Assembly (NCBI GenBank): GCA_030295235.1
Contig: AP026134.1
Coordinates: 868,001-932,000, forward strand
Direction: 5' to 3'
Length of the DNA: 64,000 bases
Source of the DNA: Fistulifera solaris
Lineage: Eukaryota
The notes under the pieces are model-generated. The model had not been told where the DNA came from, did not search any database, and was given only the letters and a program-made list of their open reading frames with translations. The translations under genes were made by a program, and so were the position numbers. Below are positions 22,224 to 35,386 of the stretch, in pieces (the stretch's first letter is position 1; every line of letters begins with the position of its first letter).

Positions 22224-23460
22224 TTAGATGCCCTCGGGGAGGAAGTATCCGGCCTTGGCGTAGTAGTCAGGAGTTACAAACGCCGCCGATAGCTGGTCAA
22301 CAACACTGACACCAGAGGCGTTAGCCTGGAAGATCAATCCAAGAAGGCCGATCATAGCAAGGCGAGCATGCTTGACTTCTTGAAGCTGCTTCTCGGCGTA
22401 TTCCTCGGGAGTGTAGTTGAAGTTGAAGGGGTTCCAGCTGCCCTCGGTCTGTCCCCACTTCTGGGAGGCACCAGCAACGTAATTGGATCCTTCAGCAAAG
22501 ATGATACGGATGCGGCGGAATTCAAGAATGGACATGAAGGCGAAGATCTGGAAAAGAGCGGCACCCGGGGCGGCACTGATGGCAGCAAGAGGGTTGGTCT
22601 CCGAGTAAGCGTCAACTCCGGTCCATTCGTTTCCGCCGAAAGTTCCGAATCCAGGGGCAATAAATCCGAGAACGGCAATCATGCAGATACGTCCGTGCAT
22701 GAGTTCGGCCTCGCGGTACCAGGTCAAGCCATCAATGTTGGCCTGTCCTGCAAAAAGATTGTTGAAGTAAGGGGCCATCAAGTCAGCCTTGGTGGAGAGG
22801 AAGCACGGGTCGAAACCAACATCTCCGGGCAAACTTCCGTCAAGCAAAGCAGGGGCGGATTCTCCAGGGATAGCAGTGGATGGAACAGTTCCAGCCTATT
22901 ATAGTTATATCGCAAGTGAGCAAAAAAGAAAGGAGGTTAGAGACATTCGCTTATTAGGAAGGTATTTCAGTGGTCATCAAGGGGATGCTACGGCTCAATC
23001 TAGCCGTAATTCCTGTTGTTGATTTTTTTTGCTTCTCGCACAGATCTACTTACCACAGACGCCTTTACAGGAGCAGGGGCCTTCTTGACCGGGGCGGCCT
23101 TTACGGGAGCAGCCTTCTTGACAGGCTTAGCAGCGACAGCCTTAACCGGGGCAGCCTTCTTGACAGGCTTAGCAGCGACAGCCTTCACCGGGGCAGCCTT
23201 CTTGACAGGAGCGGGCTTAGCGGCAACGGCTTTTACGGGGGCTGCCTTCTTAGCAGGAGCAGCCTTAGTGGCAGCAGCGGCCACAGGGGCAGCCTTCTTG
23301 GCAAAAGGGGACGAGATCTTAATCGGCGCTTTGGTCTCAACCTTTTTGTGGCGGCGGCCTTCTTGGGGGCGCTCTTCTTTCCCACGGCAAAGGTCATCGT
23401 GGGGCTGGTGAAGGCCGAAGCCATACCGACAAGAGATGTTGCGACGTAAAGGAACTTCAT
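22224..23460 (-). CDS. Fucoxanthin-chlorophyll (LHC) protein with long Lys/Ala/Pro-rich N-terminal extension; intron 22896-23053; indel near 23342
   Basis: Presequence MKFLYVATSLVGMASAF. LHC motifs LPGDVGFDP, WYREAELMHGRICM and QEVKHARLAM. A phase-0 GTAAGT...TAATAG intron joins the KAAPV repeats to the LHC core. Confidence 0.93.
23060..23305 (-). repeat. Coding tandem repeat (KKAAPVKAVAAKP units, ~42-bp period)
   Basis: Repeated GCAGCCTTCTTGACAGGCTTAGCAGCGACAGCC blocks on the + strand. Confidence 0.9.
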
Positions 23461-24723
23461 GGTTGGTTTACGGTTGCTAGAGATGAAATGCAATGTGAAT
23501 GATTACAACGCTTCTTCTTCATCAAGGTCGGAGTACGTACAGCGTACAACAGACGCGTTGTAGCGAAAATCATTTGGATCGTTCAAGTTGAATTTCGAGG
23601 ATCGAGGATCGCGAATTAGATTTCTGTGCGGAAGATGAGTATACAGTGATGTGTAGGCTGGCCTGCAAAGACGGTTGACGGACGACCTTACGGCGGCAAT
23701 ACCGGCACTTTCTGAAAAATCACCTACGTCATAACCTCCGGGTACTGTTTTGGGTATCGGCCACTTTTGGATGTTGCTCATGTTGATGGCATTCATTTCT
23801 TGGTTAGGCCGTGATATTAGAAAAGTCTCAACCAAAGATGAAACACCGTTGTTGTGATATGCGATGATGGATTGAATGATTCTTCCGATGGCCGACCTAG
23901 CGACTGTGGTGGAGGCCGGTATTTGAAAGTGTGAAGCGATGGTGACGTTTTATAAATAACAAAATGGAGGTGGGTGATGGGCACTGTAACTCGGAAACGT
24001 TTAAATACGAACGACTAAGGAACTAAGGAACTGTTTGGTGTCGTGGATTGTAATTCAAAATGAACGCAACTATCTTTTTTAGTAAAGGTATTGTGTATTG
24101 ACTGAAAGGCCATAAAATTGTGTCGGATTGGTCAGCATGTCTCTTCCTATTTGTTTTTCAGATAATGGCAAGGCCCTGTTGACAAACTGTTAGTTTGTCT
24201 CGCAACCATTGACTGTATCGCTTGAGACTGGTTATCAATTAATGTTCCTCGGCATCTTCGTCTCCTGCCCATTCAAGCACTTATTCGCATGGCACTGTGA
24301 AGCCTGCTTCCAAGGAGACGAACATACGCAAGCTTGCTATCCAGCTTCACGCTAGGAGGCAGAATGCACGCCTTGTTACTGCATCGTGGGCTCTTTTGCT
24401 TACTTAGAATGCACGTTGTACTGTCCTTGAAGTGCTATTCATGTCGTTTGCCGTAGTGCGCTGACCTACTCCGTGAGAATCAACCAGGATCCCTATTTGC
24501 CATTCAAACAATTTTTGCAAACTAATACTCTCGTAATGTTTGGAAAGCTTGAATATATCGTCATTGTAGACGCGCTGATGAGAGTATAACTTGTTGGATG
24601 CATGCTTTTTTTCATTTGCAACGAGGGTCCATCAACGAAAGCGAGAACGTTTAACTTCACTTACGAATTGTGCAGGTCCAATCTATAGCTTATTGATAAA
24701 CGCTTAGTTCCTGCATAGTTGTC

Positions 24724-25566
24724 TCAAATAATTCTTCTTGTCTTGAAGAAATGAACGATGTGAGATGCCTGGGTGTACCCAGTGACGAGAAGAACGCAAA
24801 GCTGAACAATTGGCCAGTACATCGTAGTGCTGTGCATCTGCAAAAATTGTTGATGCATGGCGGCATCTTTATCTTTGGCAAAGTCTGCTTGTCTCGTAAT
24901 TGTCTTCATGGTCCGGTCGATTCGATCCATTTCTCTCTCCATGTAACTCAAATGGTCGTTTATGTCGGCATCCTTTAACAGAAACGAGGGAATTTCATCC
25001 AGCAGTTGCACTCTCAAGCTGAATAAATGCATCTTAAATGCTTTCTCGCCCCTTTTTTCAAAGGTCCTCGTATGCAGATGCTTGAAGAGTAACAGTGTGT
25101 CAGTAATGACCGATATAATCTTTTTATTGCTGCATTTACTTACTTTGCTTCTCCCCCTAGCTCCATTTTATGATAAACTGTACCATTGTGTGCGTCGATA
25201 ATGACCTTTGTTGGTTTCAAACGCTCCGTCACGGGTGATTCGTGCAATTTCGTTCCAGTGACACGATTGGCTGGTAGAACATCTATTGTGATTTGCGCCG
25301 CTTGACCAGACACATCGGATTCGTCTATTTCAAGGTCTTTAGAGAAAAGATGACATTAGCTGTAATCCGCGCGAAAAACACCACAAGCGCACAATGCACC
25401 CACCTGGAGCTTCGTAGTCAACCATAAGAACAACATCCATCCCCGCTTCCACGACAACGCATTTCGTCCCTGATGTCTTCACCAGCAACGAAGACATGGC
25501 TGATATGCAGACTGGTGATAGCAAAGCCCATGAGGCCGCTAGTAAGTAAGCAAATGATCTCATCAT
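24724..25566 (-). CDS. p24/emp24/TMED GOLD-domain trafficking protein (spliced, frameshifted)
   Basis: Signal peptide, KCVVVE, coiled coil, TM YWPIVQLCVLLVTGYTQ and the C-terminal FFKTRRII motif typical of p24. Confidence 0.85.
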
Positions 25567-25943
25567 TTCTTATTGGAAATAGTCTACAAAATGTTATTGA
25601 ATGTCAAAACATTTGCCGTTCTGTTGACATTAACGACAATAAGACTATTTCCGGGACTGGATTTCAGTTGAGTCGGGGTCGAGTACCGGTAGCCTAAAAC
25701 TCACGCGGTAGTACCAGGTAATCATGGGGTACTCCCCGCCACCCGTACCTGGTAGACTTGGATTTCCTCCATCACGAATAGCGCTCACAAATCATCAACA
25801 AAAATGCATCCGATGGTTCTAAATAACTGCGCTTCCCTAATTATGTTTAGATTGGGCTCCAGTGTCCTCTAAATAACGAGATATAGTTGATAGATAGCTC
25901 ATTGTACAACGCTCAACTACCACTGTCATCCCACGACACCAAC

Positions 25944-28341
25944 CTAAGCCATGTAGTTGTAAACACGGTGCTCGTTTTCCGCGCGCTCTAAATACTCACG
26001 ATCGATCAAGCTCTCGATCCGCTTCTTGATAAACTGCGGCGAAGGATTGAAACGCACTTGTAGTTGTTTCGTCACTTCTGCAACAAGCCCATTGTGGTCA
26101 AGCCGACGTCTTGCCTTCATGATCCTGACAATCGCAGCTTCGACCAAATGTCGACGATCCTCTTCAACTGCGACAGGAACAGCACCACTCGCGCCCTCGA
26201 TCGTATTCCCTGCAGTAGCACCACTGCTTATTTCGGTGCCATCAACTCCTGCTTGGTTTTCCTGCAACGACGATTCCTTGACCAGTGGAATGCGAATACG
26301 TTTCAGCTTGCTAGTATAGTCAGAATTGAAAGCAAAGCTATCCATGTCGGATGTTATGCCGCGTCCCTTGCTCAACTTCTTCAAGATGCGATTCTTGGGA
26401 GTGGTCAAAGAAATCAAATGACGTCGAAGCTCGGAATCTGGTATCTGCGTTTGCATTCGAATTTGCCCCAACGTAAGCGTATCTAGATCGTTGAACAACA
26501 GTAAGATACACATCTGATACGTTGAGACACAAAGTTCATGATGGCGATTTCCACCAAAGGTTGCTCGAATTTCGGCGGCACCAGCTGATGTTTGCCAAGA
26601 GAGCTTTCGTCCAGTATGCTCGTTAAGGTAAAACGAGGCGAAATGATTGATTGAATTCTGAATGGAAAGAGGCAATGTGCAAGGAGGGACATTTTGTGAC
26701 GGCCAGTAACCAGTAGTTAGAACGTCAACCTCAATCTCCACTCGACTTGCTCTGTCGTCGCCACCTTGATCGCGCCGCGCGAACGCCTTATACTTATCTC
26801 GTGTTTCACGTGAAATTCGCATGTCATTGAACATGCCTTCCAGCTTTGTTGTGAACTGATATCCGCACTCCGCTTTGAGTAAACTAACCATGCTTCGTTC
26901 CGCATCGTCGCTCACGCTGCGTCCACCGAGAAGGCGCTTCGCCAAATGCTGCTTATAAAAACTCTCGAACACATCTTTGTCGCTCAAATAACGAAAGATT
27001 GTAATAGCTTTCTCCAGTTCTGCCGTGACTTGCTCGTCAGTAGCTCCACGTAAACTTACTCGTAGCAACTCATCGACGTAAATTGCCAAACAGGACGCCG
27101 CTCGGGCGTCAGCATTCAAAAAGCTCTCAAACGATTCGCGAAGACGCTTCTGGGCCTTCTTTTCATTACGGAACGAATGTTCGACAATATTCATGTACTT
27201 AATGCGCATTGCTAGCACTTTGCGACAGAACATAGGCGGATCGGCTTGGCCAGTCTCTTGGTCCTTCAAAAGTTGCTTTCCGTCTGCTTTGATGCGATCT
27301 GCCAATGCGTCACGTAGGTAGTCAACAGAAGAAGGCACTCGCACAAACAAATCATACATTTCTAGCATTTCTTCCTGCTTCATGTCATCCCTCAGTAATG
27401 CGGCAAAACCGGTCAACTCCATCTCTACCAGTGTTTTCGCGTGCCTCTCAATCCACTCGGTGTGCAATATGGTTATCATTGGTCCCTCTGTGGTCATGGG
27501 TAGTTGTAAAGAATGAGCTCGCTCCTTCTCTTCTTCCAAACGCAATGTCGCCTTCCGCACGTAATCGGACGCAGTAGCAGATGACAAATATTGCAAGGAC
27601 TCCGTTTGATAATATTCCTGTGTTGTCGCAAGAAACAAGCTTTCAAAGTCATTGTGATACACAGCCGCTGTATGCGACGATGAATTTCCGATTTCCAGCA
27701 ACATGTTGAGAATACTTTTGAACATGTTTCGATCGTCTGTCAAGAAACCAGCGCGTTCTCGCTCAATGGCTTGCAACAGTAACTGCACAACTCTGTTTTT
27801 GACAGCAGGATGTTCCCATACAGTTATACGGAACAAATGTAAGCCCAGTTCATAGACAGGTCGTCGCTTGGACTGTGGAATGTAGATGCGATCCATGTAC
27901 ATGAGAATGTCTCGTATCATCGTCATGGTGATGACATGGTCCTGCCACACGGTCGACGTCGCGGCCAGCAACGCTTCGTCGGTCGTTTCTTCCGCAAGTA
28001 AATGCACTGTCTTGGATAAATGCTGCGTAATCTTTTCTGAGACTCCGTCGTACAACAAATCCCCATGCTTGTGCAGAACTAAATTGTACGAGCTCCGGTA
28101 GAGTTCTTCAAAACTCAATTGACTCGCATTGCGGTTGTAGAATTTCATCCAATGCCGCCGACAAAGTCTCCCACGTCCGATTCGCATCTTGACGATCCAT
28201 CGGTTGATGAGTACGAAATGGCTGCATTGTTTGATACGGAATGAAGTAGAACGTTGAGGTAACGCAGCATAGACAGCAAATTTCAATTGAGATGACTAGT
28301 TCGCTTACCTTGATATTGAAACGACGCTTCGAGTCCGCCAT
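25944..28341 (-). CDS. CUL3: Cullin-3; intron 28222-28308; indel near 28140
   Basis: N-terminus RFNIK|PFR, LSFEELYRSSYNLVLHKHG, ILMYMDR, KDVFESFYKQHLAKRLL, KLEGMFND, neddylation motif AAIVRIMKAR and IKKRIESLIDREYL. Confidence 0.96.
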
Positions 28342-28829
28342 GCTTGCTACACTATTCTCGTTGTAAAGAGCTTAGAGACGATCGTTGGATGTGCTTTACA
28401 CAATGAAAGAAGAATGAAGAGGAGTTACAATAACAGTAAGTAACACGGTTGTTATTCTTTTCTTTGCGCTTCATCTTCATCGTCGTTGTTGCTGCGACCT
28501 GCGACTGCAATGGAAGCGGTCGAATTTCAGGACACTATGAATGGCAGTACTTTAATTTGCACGCGAGGAATTCTGGATCAGAGCTTATTCTGGACCGAAT
28601 TGATTTGTCAAAGACATCCATCATCCGCGAATAAAGCTGTCTTGTTTCGAATGCTGAAGAACTACGTACGAAAAAGATCGCATCACAGAATTTCCAGCCA
28701 ACGTGAACCGTCGAAATTTTCGTTGTCATTCTCATTTCAGTGGATGCAAAATCATTCTTTGGTATAATATCAAAAGATTCATCATTCTTTGAAAAGCCAA
28801 GACGCTAGTCAATCGGTAGTTACTTGAAA

Positions 28830-30782
28830 ATGGTCAACGTTACTCGCAGCAACTTCATCGAGGTATGTAATCTTTGACCTGCGTCAAATTGTGCGGCGTT
28901 TCTGAATCCTTCGTCCTCATATTTCGTCTATTTGTAGCAAAGCAATGATCTTTTAGATCACCTTCCAACTGCAGCTTTTATTGCAATAGATGAAGAAATG
29001 ACTGGGATTTCAATTCAAAATCGGCGCAGTCCGAAGGATAAAACTCCATCGGAACAATACCCAGAACTCAAGCTGGCTGCCGAGCGCTACGCTATCATTC
29101 AACTGGGAGTTAGTTTGTTCCACAATTTAAACGGTTCGTGGCTAGCCAGGTGCTACAACTTTTATCTCTTCCCTTCGGACCGTGAAGTGGTTTTGAATCC
29201 AAGTACGGTCCAGTTCCTCAAGCAACATAATATGAACTTCGATATGTGGATGAAGGAAGGGATACCGTATCAAACGGGCCAACAAGCCGCGATTTCGCTT
29301 CAAAAGTTCGTGGACCACCAGAAGCGTCTACAGAAAGAATCGGAACAAGCACAGGTACCAGCGACGATACAGAATAGTGTGAAACGTACGATTGAGTTGC
29401 GTCGGATCGAAGACATTGAGTTCTTTGCTCGAGCCATGGCGGCATTGCGAGAGTGGTTGGATGGTGTTCATGAAGATGGAGGAACATCGTTTTGCTACCT
29501 CCTTGTAACTCATATTTACGACGGGCACTCTATGAGAATATTGAGAAAGAATATCCGTCTCTGGAGTTAGAGAGCGCTGGACCGACTCATCCGAATCAAA
29601 TTCGTGCGTGGCGACTGACCCCAGAAGAAAAAATTGCTCGAAAGCAACAACTCCAGCACCAAGCCTGGGAAAACTTGGTATGCGACCAGGTTGGTCTGTG
29701 GAGGGTCTTTGAAGCAATCACTCGGGTCTGTAGGGGAGAAGAATTAGACCGGTCCAGCGTTTTGTTCGCTAACTCGTTCAACGAGATTGATTGGGACAAC
29801 ACGGGCAGTGTATTCGCAAGCGATTTCGTTGTGCGCGGAAAGATACCTCTCGTAGTTCACAACGGATTTATGGACTTATGCTTCCTTTTGTCGCATTTCC
29901 ATTCGTTGAAGCTGCCCGATGAGCTGTCAGGTTGTAAGGAGCTAATTCGCAGCTACTTTCCGATGGTTTATGATACTAAGGTAATGGCAACAGAGTGTCT
30001 TTCGATGTGGAGTAATGACAGCACTACTCTGAGCGGTCTTTTTGAAAATCGGGGTGAAGAGCAAGCCAACGTAGTTCGAATCGCACGGGATATTTCGGAC
30101 CAAGCGCACGAAGCTGCCTATGATGCGTACATGACAGGGACCGTTTATTTATGCCTTTGCGACGAAATCAAGGACGCAAATCCAGATGGTCTGAAATCCG
30201 AGAGTCAATTTGGCATTTTGACGCATCTGCAAGACACCGGCGCATCGCATGACAATCAGGTTCGCACTCTTTACGCACGCAACAAACTTTATCAAATGTC
30301 ACTCTATACAATGGACTTGGAAGATGCAGCGTACGACCCGTTGAGTAGGGGGGATGTTACCGGAGTTCACATATCGAGTTTCCCGTATTGATCCTCTTGT
30401 ATCTACTCGTGATATTATTCGATGCCTCTCCGATCTGTTTGACAGTCAAAGCCGACGTGTCAATTTCGAGATAATCTGGATTGACGACACTACTTTCCTT
30501 GTGGCGGCAAGCTATCGACCTCCCCCGCCTTCTCCGGCAGAAGATGGTGAGGTAATAGCTCACGTGGATCCTGACGAAACGACACGAGTATTGCAAGAAC
30601 ACGGTCCGATTATCTTTGAAGTCTTGCGTAATCGTTTCAAACACGAAACGATTTTGACTTTGGCTGAGCATCTCGACTCTTTGAAGAATGCAGACGAAGA
30701 ATTAGCTGAATCCCAAAGCATTTGGTCAAAGATCTGGGACTTGTTTGCAGGAAAACCGGCAAAGCGAAGGCGATTGAACTAA
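28830..30782 (+). CDS. PARN: CAF1-family poly(A)-specific ribonuclease (PARN-like, with R3H and RRM-like parts); intron 28863-28937; two indels
   Basis: MVNVTRSNF, AIDEEMTG, IIQLG, FYLFP, HNGFMDL, YDTK, HEAAYDAYMTG and IIWIDDTTF. Confidence 0.85.
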
Positions 30783-30868
30783 TTGATGACAAAAGGGTTT
30801 ACAAATTAAGTCACATTAAGAAAACATAACGGTAATGATAATGATACACTTTGAAGGGCGTTGGGCAG

Positions 30869-32975
30869 TCAAATGATATGATAGTGTTTAGGTCGCAGCT
30901 GCAGCATCTGGGGTCGTTCGAATTGGACCTTGAACAGAGTGTTGCTTTCTGCAAGGATTGCTTTTGCTACTGATGAAGCAGTCTGGTCCATGTAGGTACG
31001 ATGGTCTGTAGGTATAGTGACTTTCGACGACGGACGAAGACCCCGTTTCGCTCTTAGTTCTTCCAACCTTGATTGCACCGAAACCAAAGCCGTACGGCGC
31101 TCTGAAGCAGTAAGCCGAGGCTGTACGCTGAAACGCTTCGGCTCATCGATATTCGCCTTCAGAGACACTGTCTTATCGGTTTCTTGCCCTGCATCACAGC
31201 TGATGAGTGCGCTGGCATCTTCTGAGTGTACGTGATCTCGCTCGAACGCATTTGTATCATCCGAATCGCTCGTGATCGAAAGTGTTGTTCCGAGTTCTTC
31301 CGCATCGGAAGGTCTCACTGTCTTCACAAAAATGTGCAATGAAGCGGTACCATCCTTTTCACTCTCTATACCTTCAAAAGGTTCGCTATGAGCTTGTTCT
31401 TTTCTTTTGAGAAGTTTGTTGCCTACCTCTTGGGTTTCCGGCGAGTCTTTATCATCTATGGAAGCGGAGGTCTTCGCTTGAACCTCTTGCTGAAGAATTA
31501 GCTTGTGGTGTTCAACCTCTTTTCCCTCTTCGCCAAGCAACTGATCAAGAGAAGGAGAATTAGCCGTTTGAAGATCGTCAATCTCTTCGTTGTTTTGTAA
31601 TTTCTCATCAAAGTCGGGATTGCTGCAAACCTTTGAATCTTTAAAAGCAGAAAACGTCTTAACATTTACCGTTTCCGCTGCTTCTTCCTCTTGCTGTTGT
31701 GCCATCGCTCTCATTTCCCTAATCATCCGGGTCCTGTCTCTGAGCATATCGATAGCCATTTGACGCTCGACGAGGTCAAAATATTTCATATCCTCGTCTA
31801 ATTCTTGTTGTAATTCTTTTAGATCGACCATGAAAACAGCCTCCTCTCGCATTTCCTCTCGTGACGCGAGCCTAAACTCGTTGTCTTCATCTAAATCCAA
31901 CTCCGGCTGCTCCCCTGTCTCCAATCGTGCTACCTGCTCCATCAGCCGGACAACCTTTGGATCTTGAGCCCCAAGCTCGTTCCAACGAAGTGCCAAAGCT
32001 TTTCGGTAATTTAACAACGCTCCTTCTTTATCCCCCATGGCAACTTGAACGTCAGCGATGTTACATACAACAGTAATGGCATCCAAATGATCGTCTCCCA
32101 GGTGTTTCTTTAGTATCCTGAATGCATCCTTGTACGCCGTTAGAGCTGCTTCAAACTCCCGGCTCATGTAAAAGACACTACCAATGTTGTTTAATGTCTT
32201 CCCCACAGATAAATGATCCGGTCCCAAAATCTCTCTTTTGATTTGCAAGGATTTCAGATACGATGACATTGTTTCAGCTGTACTAGCTTTTCCACTCCGT
32301 TGCTTCCAAATAGGTCATATTATTGATCGATGTTGCAACAGCAGCCATTACACTTTTGTCTTGCTCTGAGTGCTTTTTTTGAAGAAATTTCGTCTTCTAC
32401 GGTCTTTTGCTTCAACCATAAGGAACGCTCATAACGTAGAAAAGCAGCATCATAATCTCCTTGTTCGAAAAGCGCGTTCCCTGCCCGGTCTAATGCTTTC
32501 ACCGCCAAACTAATTTGTATTCTGGCTTCCGAACTGATTGACGACGGTTTTTGCGTCAAGGCCAACTGCACTAATGGATCTGTTTCTTCCACTACAAACG
32601 GCTGAGACATAGCTACCGACACCTGCGTTACAGCTGTTTTTGGTACGGTCGCCGCTGACGACTTTGGCGGCAAAGATGATGGAACGCTTGTCGCGCGTGC
32701 ATTATGAAAAGAGCGCTGGTGTCGCGTCCGGGTAGTTGACTTCTTTCTTTTTCAGCTTCACGTGTCTTTTTATGCTCGCTTCGATGAAATAAGTGCAAAG
32801 GTCCTCGTCTATGAGGAGGCGCCTCTGATGCTGAAGAAGAAGATAGATGTTGCTCTTGTGAATCTTTTGGTTTCACAATCTGACTTTTCTTCTGTTTCTT
32901 CTCATCCGCCGGTTTGTTTCGTTCATTGTTGACCGAGGGCCCCTTTTTCCTCAAGTTGCGAAAAAGGTTGTTCAT
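30869..32975 (-). CDS. TPR-repeat protein (kinesin-light-chain-like TPRs) with low-complexity tail; frameshifts near 32672 and 32345
   Basis: LGPDHLSVGKTLNNIGSVFY, LGDDHLDAITVVCNIA and GNALFEQGDYDAAFLRYERSL. Confidence 0.8.
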
Positions 32976-33946
32976 GGTAAAGGATCAAACTGAAGCGAAC
33001 TCCCTAAGGTTTTTGAGAGGACCGGACACAATACAATTATCGCTTTGACGATTTACCAATTAGCCCAACTCGTAAGAGCGACCTCAAAAGCGCAACTGAC
33101 TCGATGTGAAGTTTGCACTTTTAGTGAATCACTTCTTCACTCGAAAGCGAAAGGCATTCTTATTGGCGAAGTTTACTACGCCTTCATTGCAGCGTGATGC
33201 TCGAGTCTTTCGTTGAAAAGAACGCGGTGGGGAGGGAGAAGTTCACGCTTTTGGCGGACTGCCGCGTGACGGCTCAGTACTTCCAAATGGAGAGTCTTGT
33301 TGTGACTTTCTGGCCAGCCCGGCGCATCGATACACTTATCTGGATAGTCGTATACGCACCAGTCATGCGGCATGGTTTCATGAGTCAGTCATGAATCACG
33401 AGTCACGCTAGAGTGTCGTTTCAAGCAAACTGTTACAGAGTAGATGTTTGTTGAATCAACCCCAACAACAAAACACAAATAACTGATAGAATTTGTGGTA
33501 CGTCGAAATTGCCAACACGATAGTTACAGTTACAACTTTTGATTTCGTTTCCCCTCAATTAAAAGCTGACGCGCACCACAGGCTGATTCTTTAAACCATA
33601 AACAATTTCGTAGCTCCAATCATTCCTCTTTCACGAATAGGATTGCCCAACTTTACTTTTTGAAAGGAAAAGCGCGTGCACTTAACGAAGCCAGAATACC
33701 AGAGCCCAGTAAGAACCGCCTCGTCGGTGATGGATTCTTAGAGTGGCTTGTAGACTGAGCACGAGACATCGTGCGGCACGCCTTTCGTTCCTCCTAGATT
33801 AGTTTAAGGGGAAGTTACCCCTCTAGTTGGGTGCACTACGCACGAAGGAGAGATTGTTTGCACCTTCGCCTGTGCGACGGACAAAGATATCGACGACCTG
33901 TCCATCGTCGAAATAATCGCCCCCGCTATACAAATAAGGTTCCTGT

Positions 33947-34960
33947 TTACAATTGGCCTGGCTCGCAGCACATGAAACAGTTGCAACATGGCGCATCACC
34001 CTTCTCTCCAGATTTTTTCCACTCCATTTCAACTTCCTCATTGATCAGCATCGGGTGCACATTTCGGTGAGTGGATTGATTTAAGAAAAATTGCCGGAAA
34101 TCAAGACTTTTCTGTTTCAAGGTGAAGTGGATCAGCATAAACAGGACTCCAGGATGGGCGTCGACGAATGGTTTTAAATTTTTCCAGTGCATGTGCTTTG
34201 TCGTGTCTGCACGTTCGAGATCGCTCTCATCGATGAAACTGCATTCTACAACAACGACTCTCTGCTCTTTCAAAAGATCCTCATGCATTTCAAAAACTTT
34301 GTGTGTCGTATCTCCGAGGTACAAGATAAGAGGTTCACGATGCCCACTAGTGACCTCCACGCCTTCCTTTCGAAGTCTACCAATTTCCGGTCCAGGAAGT
34401 CCGACATATTCCTCTTTGAGCTTGAACTTCTGCTTGTAAATGCTGTAACCCAAACAAGGTATCCGATGATCGCATTCAATCGTTTGCATTATGAACTCAG
34501 CTCCGCCCTGACGAAACCTGAACTCTTCACCCGCCTGAGTGGCTGTCAGAATAAGATCTTGTTTGCATTGAACAGCCTCTTGGCTCTTTGTTTCTGTTGA
34601 GCAATCTACCATTTCCTGATGCGCTTTTAAATACGCCTTGACCAAGGGGGCAGCTTTCACGGGTAAATGAACCAAGGGTGGCGATTTTTCGTCCTTGAAA
34701 TGAGTGAGAAAATGCACATGGTCGCAATGAGTGTGCGTCAAAAATATCCGCACAGGTTTCCATCCCTGAACCAACGCCCCGCATTCAAAGACCCATTTAA
34801 GTTCCGGAATCGTAAAACTAGTCCCCTCACCTGCTCGACTTCTTCCGACTAAAGTAAAAGGAGACCAAGTACAAGGAGCCTCCTGATCGAATGAGTTCGG
34901 CAAGCGGTCGGGTCGAATCAGAATCGAAGTCGTTTTCGCGAGCATTGCCGTCACGCACAA
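33947..34960 (-). CDS. Short-form RNase Z (tRNase Z, metallo-beta-lactamase)
   Basis: SRAGEGT, THTHCDH (HxHxDH), HRIPCLGY, KLKEEYVGLPGPEI exosite, YLGDT, VECSF, HMHW and LIHF. Confidence 0.88.
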   Translation of the reverse strand: MCVTAMLAKTTSILIRPDRLPNSFDQEAPCTWSPFTLVGRSRAGEGTSFTIPELKWVFECGALVQGWKPVRIFLTHTHCDHVHFLTHFKDEKSPPLVHLPVKAAPLVKAYLKAHQEMVDCSTETKSQEAVQCKQDLILTATQAGEEFRFRQGGAEFIMQTIECDHRIPCLGYSIYKQKFKLKEEYVGLPGPEIGRLRKEGVEVTSGHREPLILYLGDTTHKVFEMHEDLLKEQRVVVVECSFIDESDLERADTTKHMHWKNLKPFVDAHPGVLFMLIHFTLKQKSLDFRQFFLNQSTHRNVHPMLINEEVEMEWKKSGEKGDAPCCNCFMCCEPGQL

Positions 34961-35103
34961 GCTAGCGAAAACGGAATTTAAAATGGAAAGCAGGATGATG
35001 TTTATCTCGTTTCCTCTTTATTAGCGGGAAGTATTTCAATATTATGGAATATCAAGCAGAATTGGTGAAACATGACAAAAAAATTACGAAGGCGCTGCGT
35101 GTC

Positions 35104-35386
35104 TTCACGTGCCCAAAAAATCTGGAAAGAGGTTAATTTCACGTTCGCAGAAGATCTGGGAGTGTGGTATTTTCACGTCCCCAGAAAATCTGGGCAATGG
35201 ATATTTTCAAGTTTCCAGAAAATCTGGGAATGTGGTATTTTCACGCTCCCAGAAAATCTGGGTGAGGGGTGTTGTCAGATTTCCAGAAAATCTGGCTATG
35301 TAATATTTTTTCACGCTTCCAGCAAATCTGGGAGAGGGGTGTTGTCACTGTGCACAGAAAATCCGGGCGAGTGGTGTTTTCACATG
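35104..35386. repeat. 34-bp minisatellite, ~8 units, palindromic core CCCAGA-AAA-TCTGGG
   Basis: TCTGG core at 35121, 35155, 35189, 35223, 35257 and 35291 (exact 34-bp spacing), then 35327 and a degenerate TCCGG at 35362. Confidence 0.92.

Noticed and set aside
22368..23449. Long + strand ORFs over the LHC gene (and similar antisense ORFs over eIF3d and PDK)
   Set aside because: They are antisense shadows of codon-biased, highly expressed genes.
23720..23950. Aureochrome TGACGT sites upstream of the LHC gene
   Set aside because: A 6-mer is expected dozens of times in 64 kb, so two hits are not evidence.
35104..35386. CRISPR array
   Set aside because: The spacers are too short and similar to each other, no cas genes are present and the context is eukaryotic; it is a minisatellite.
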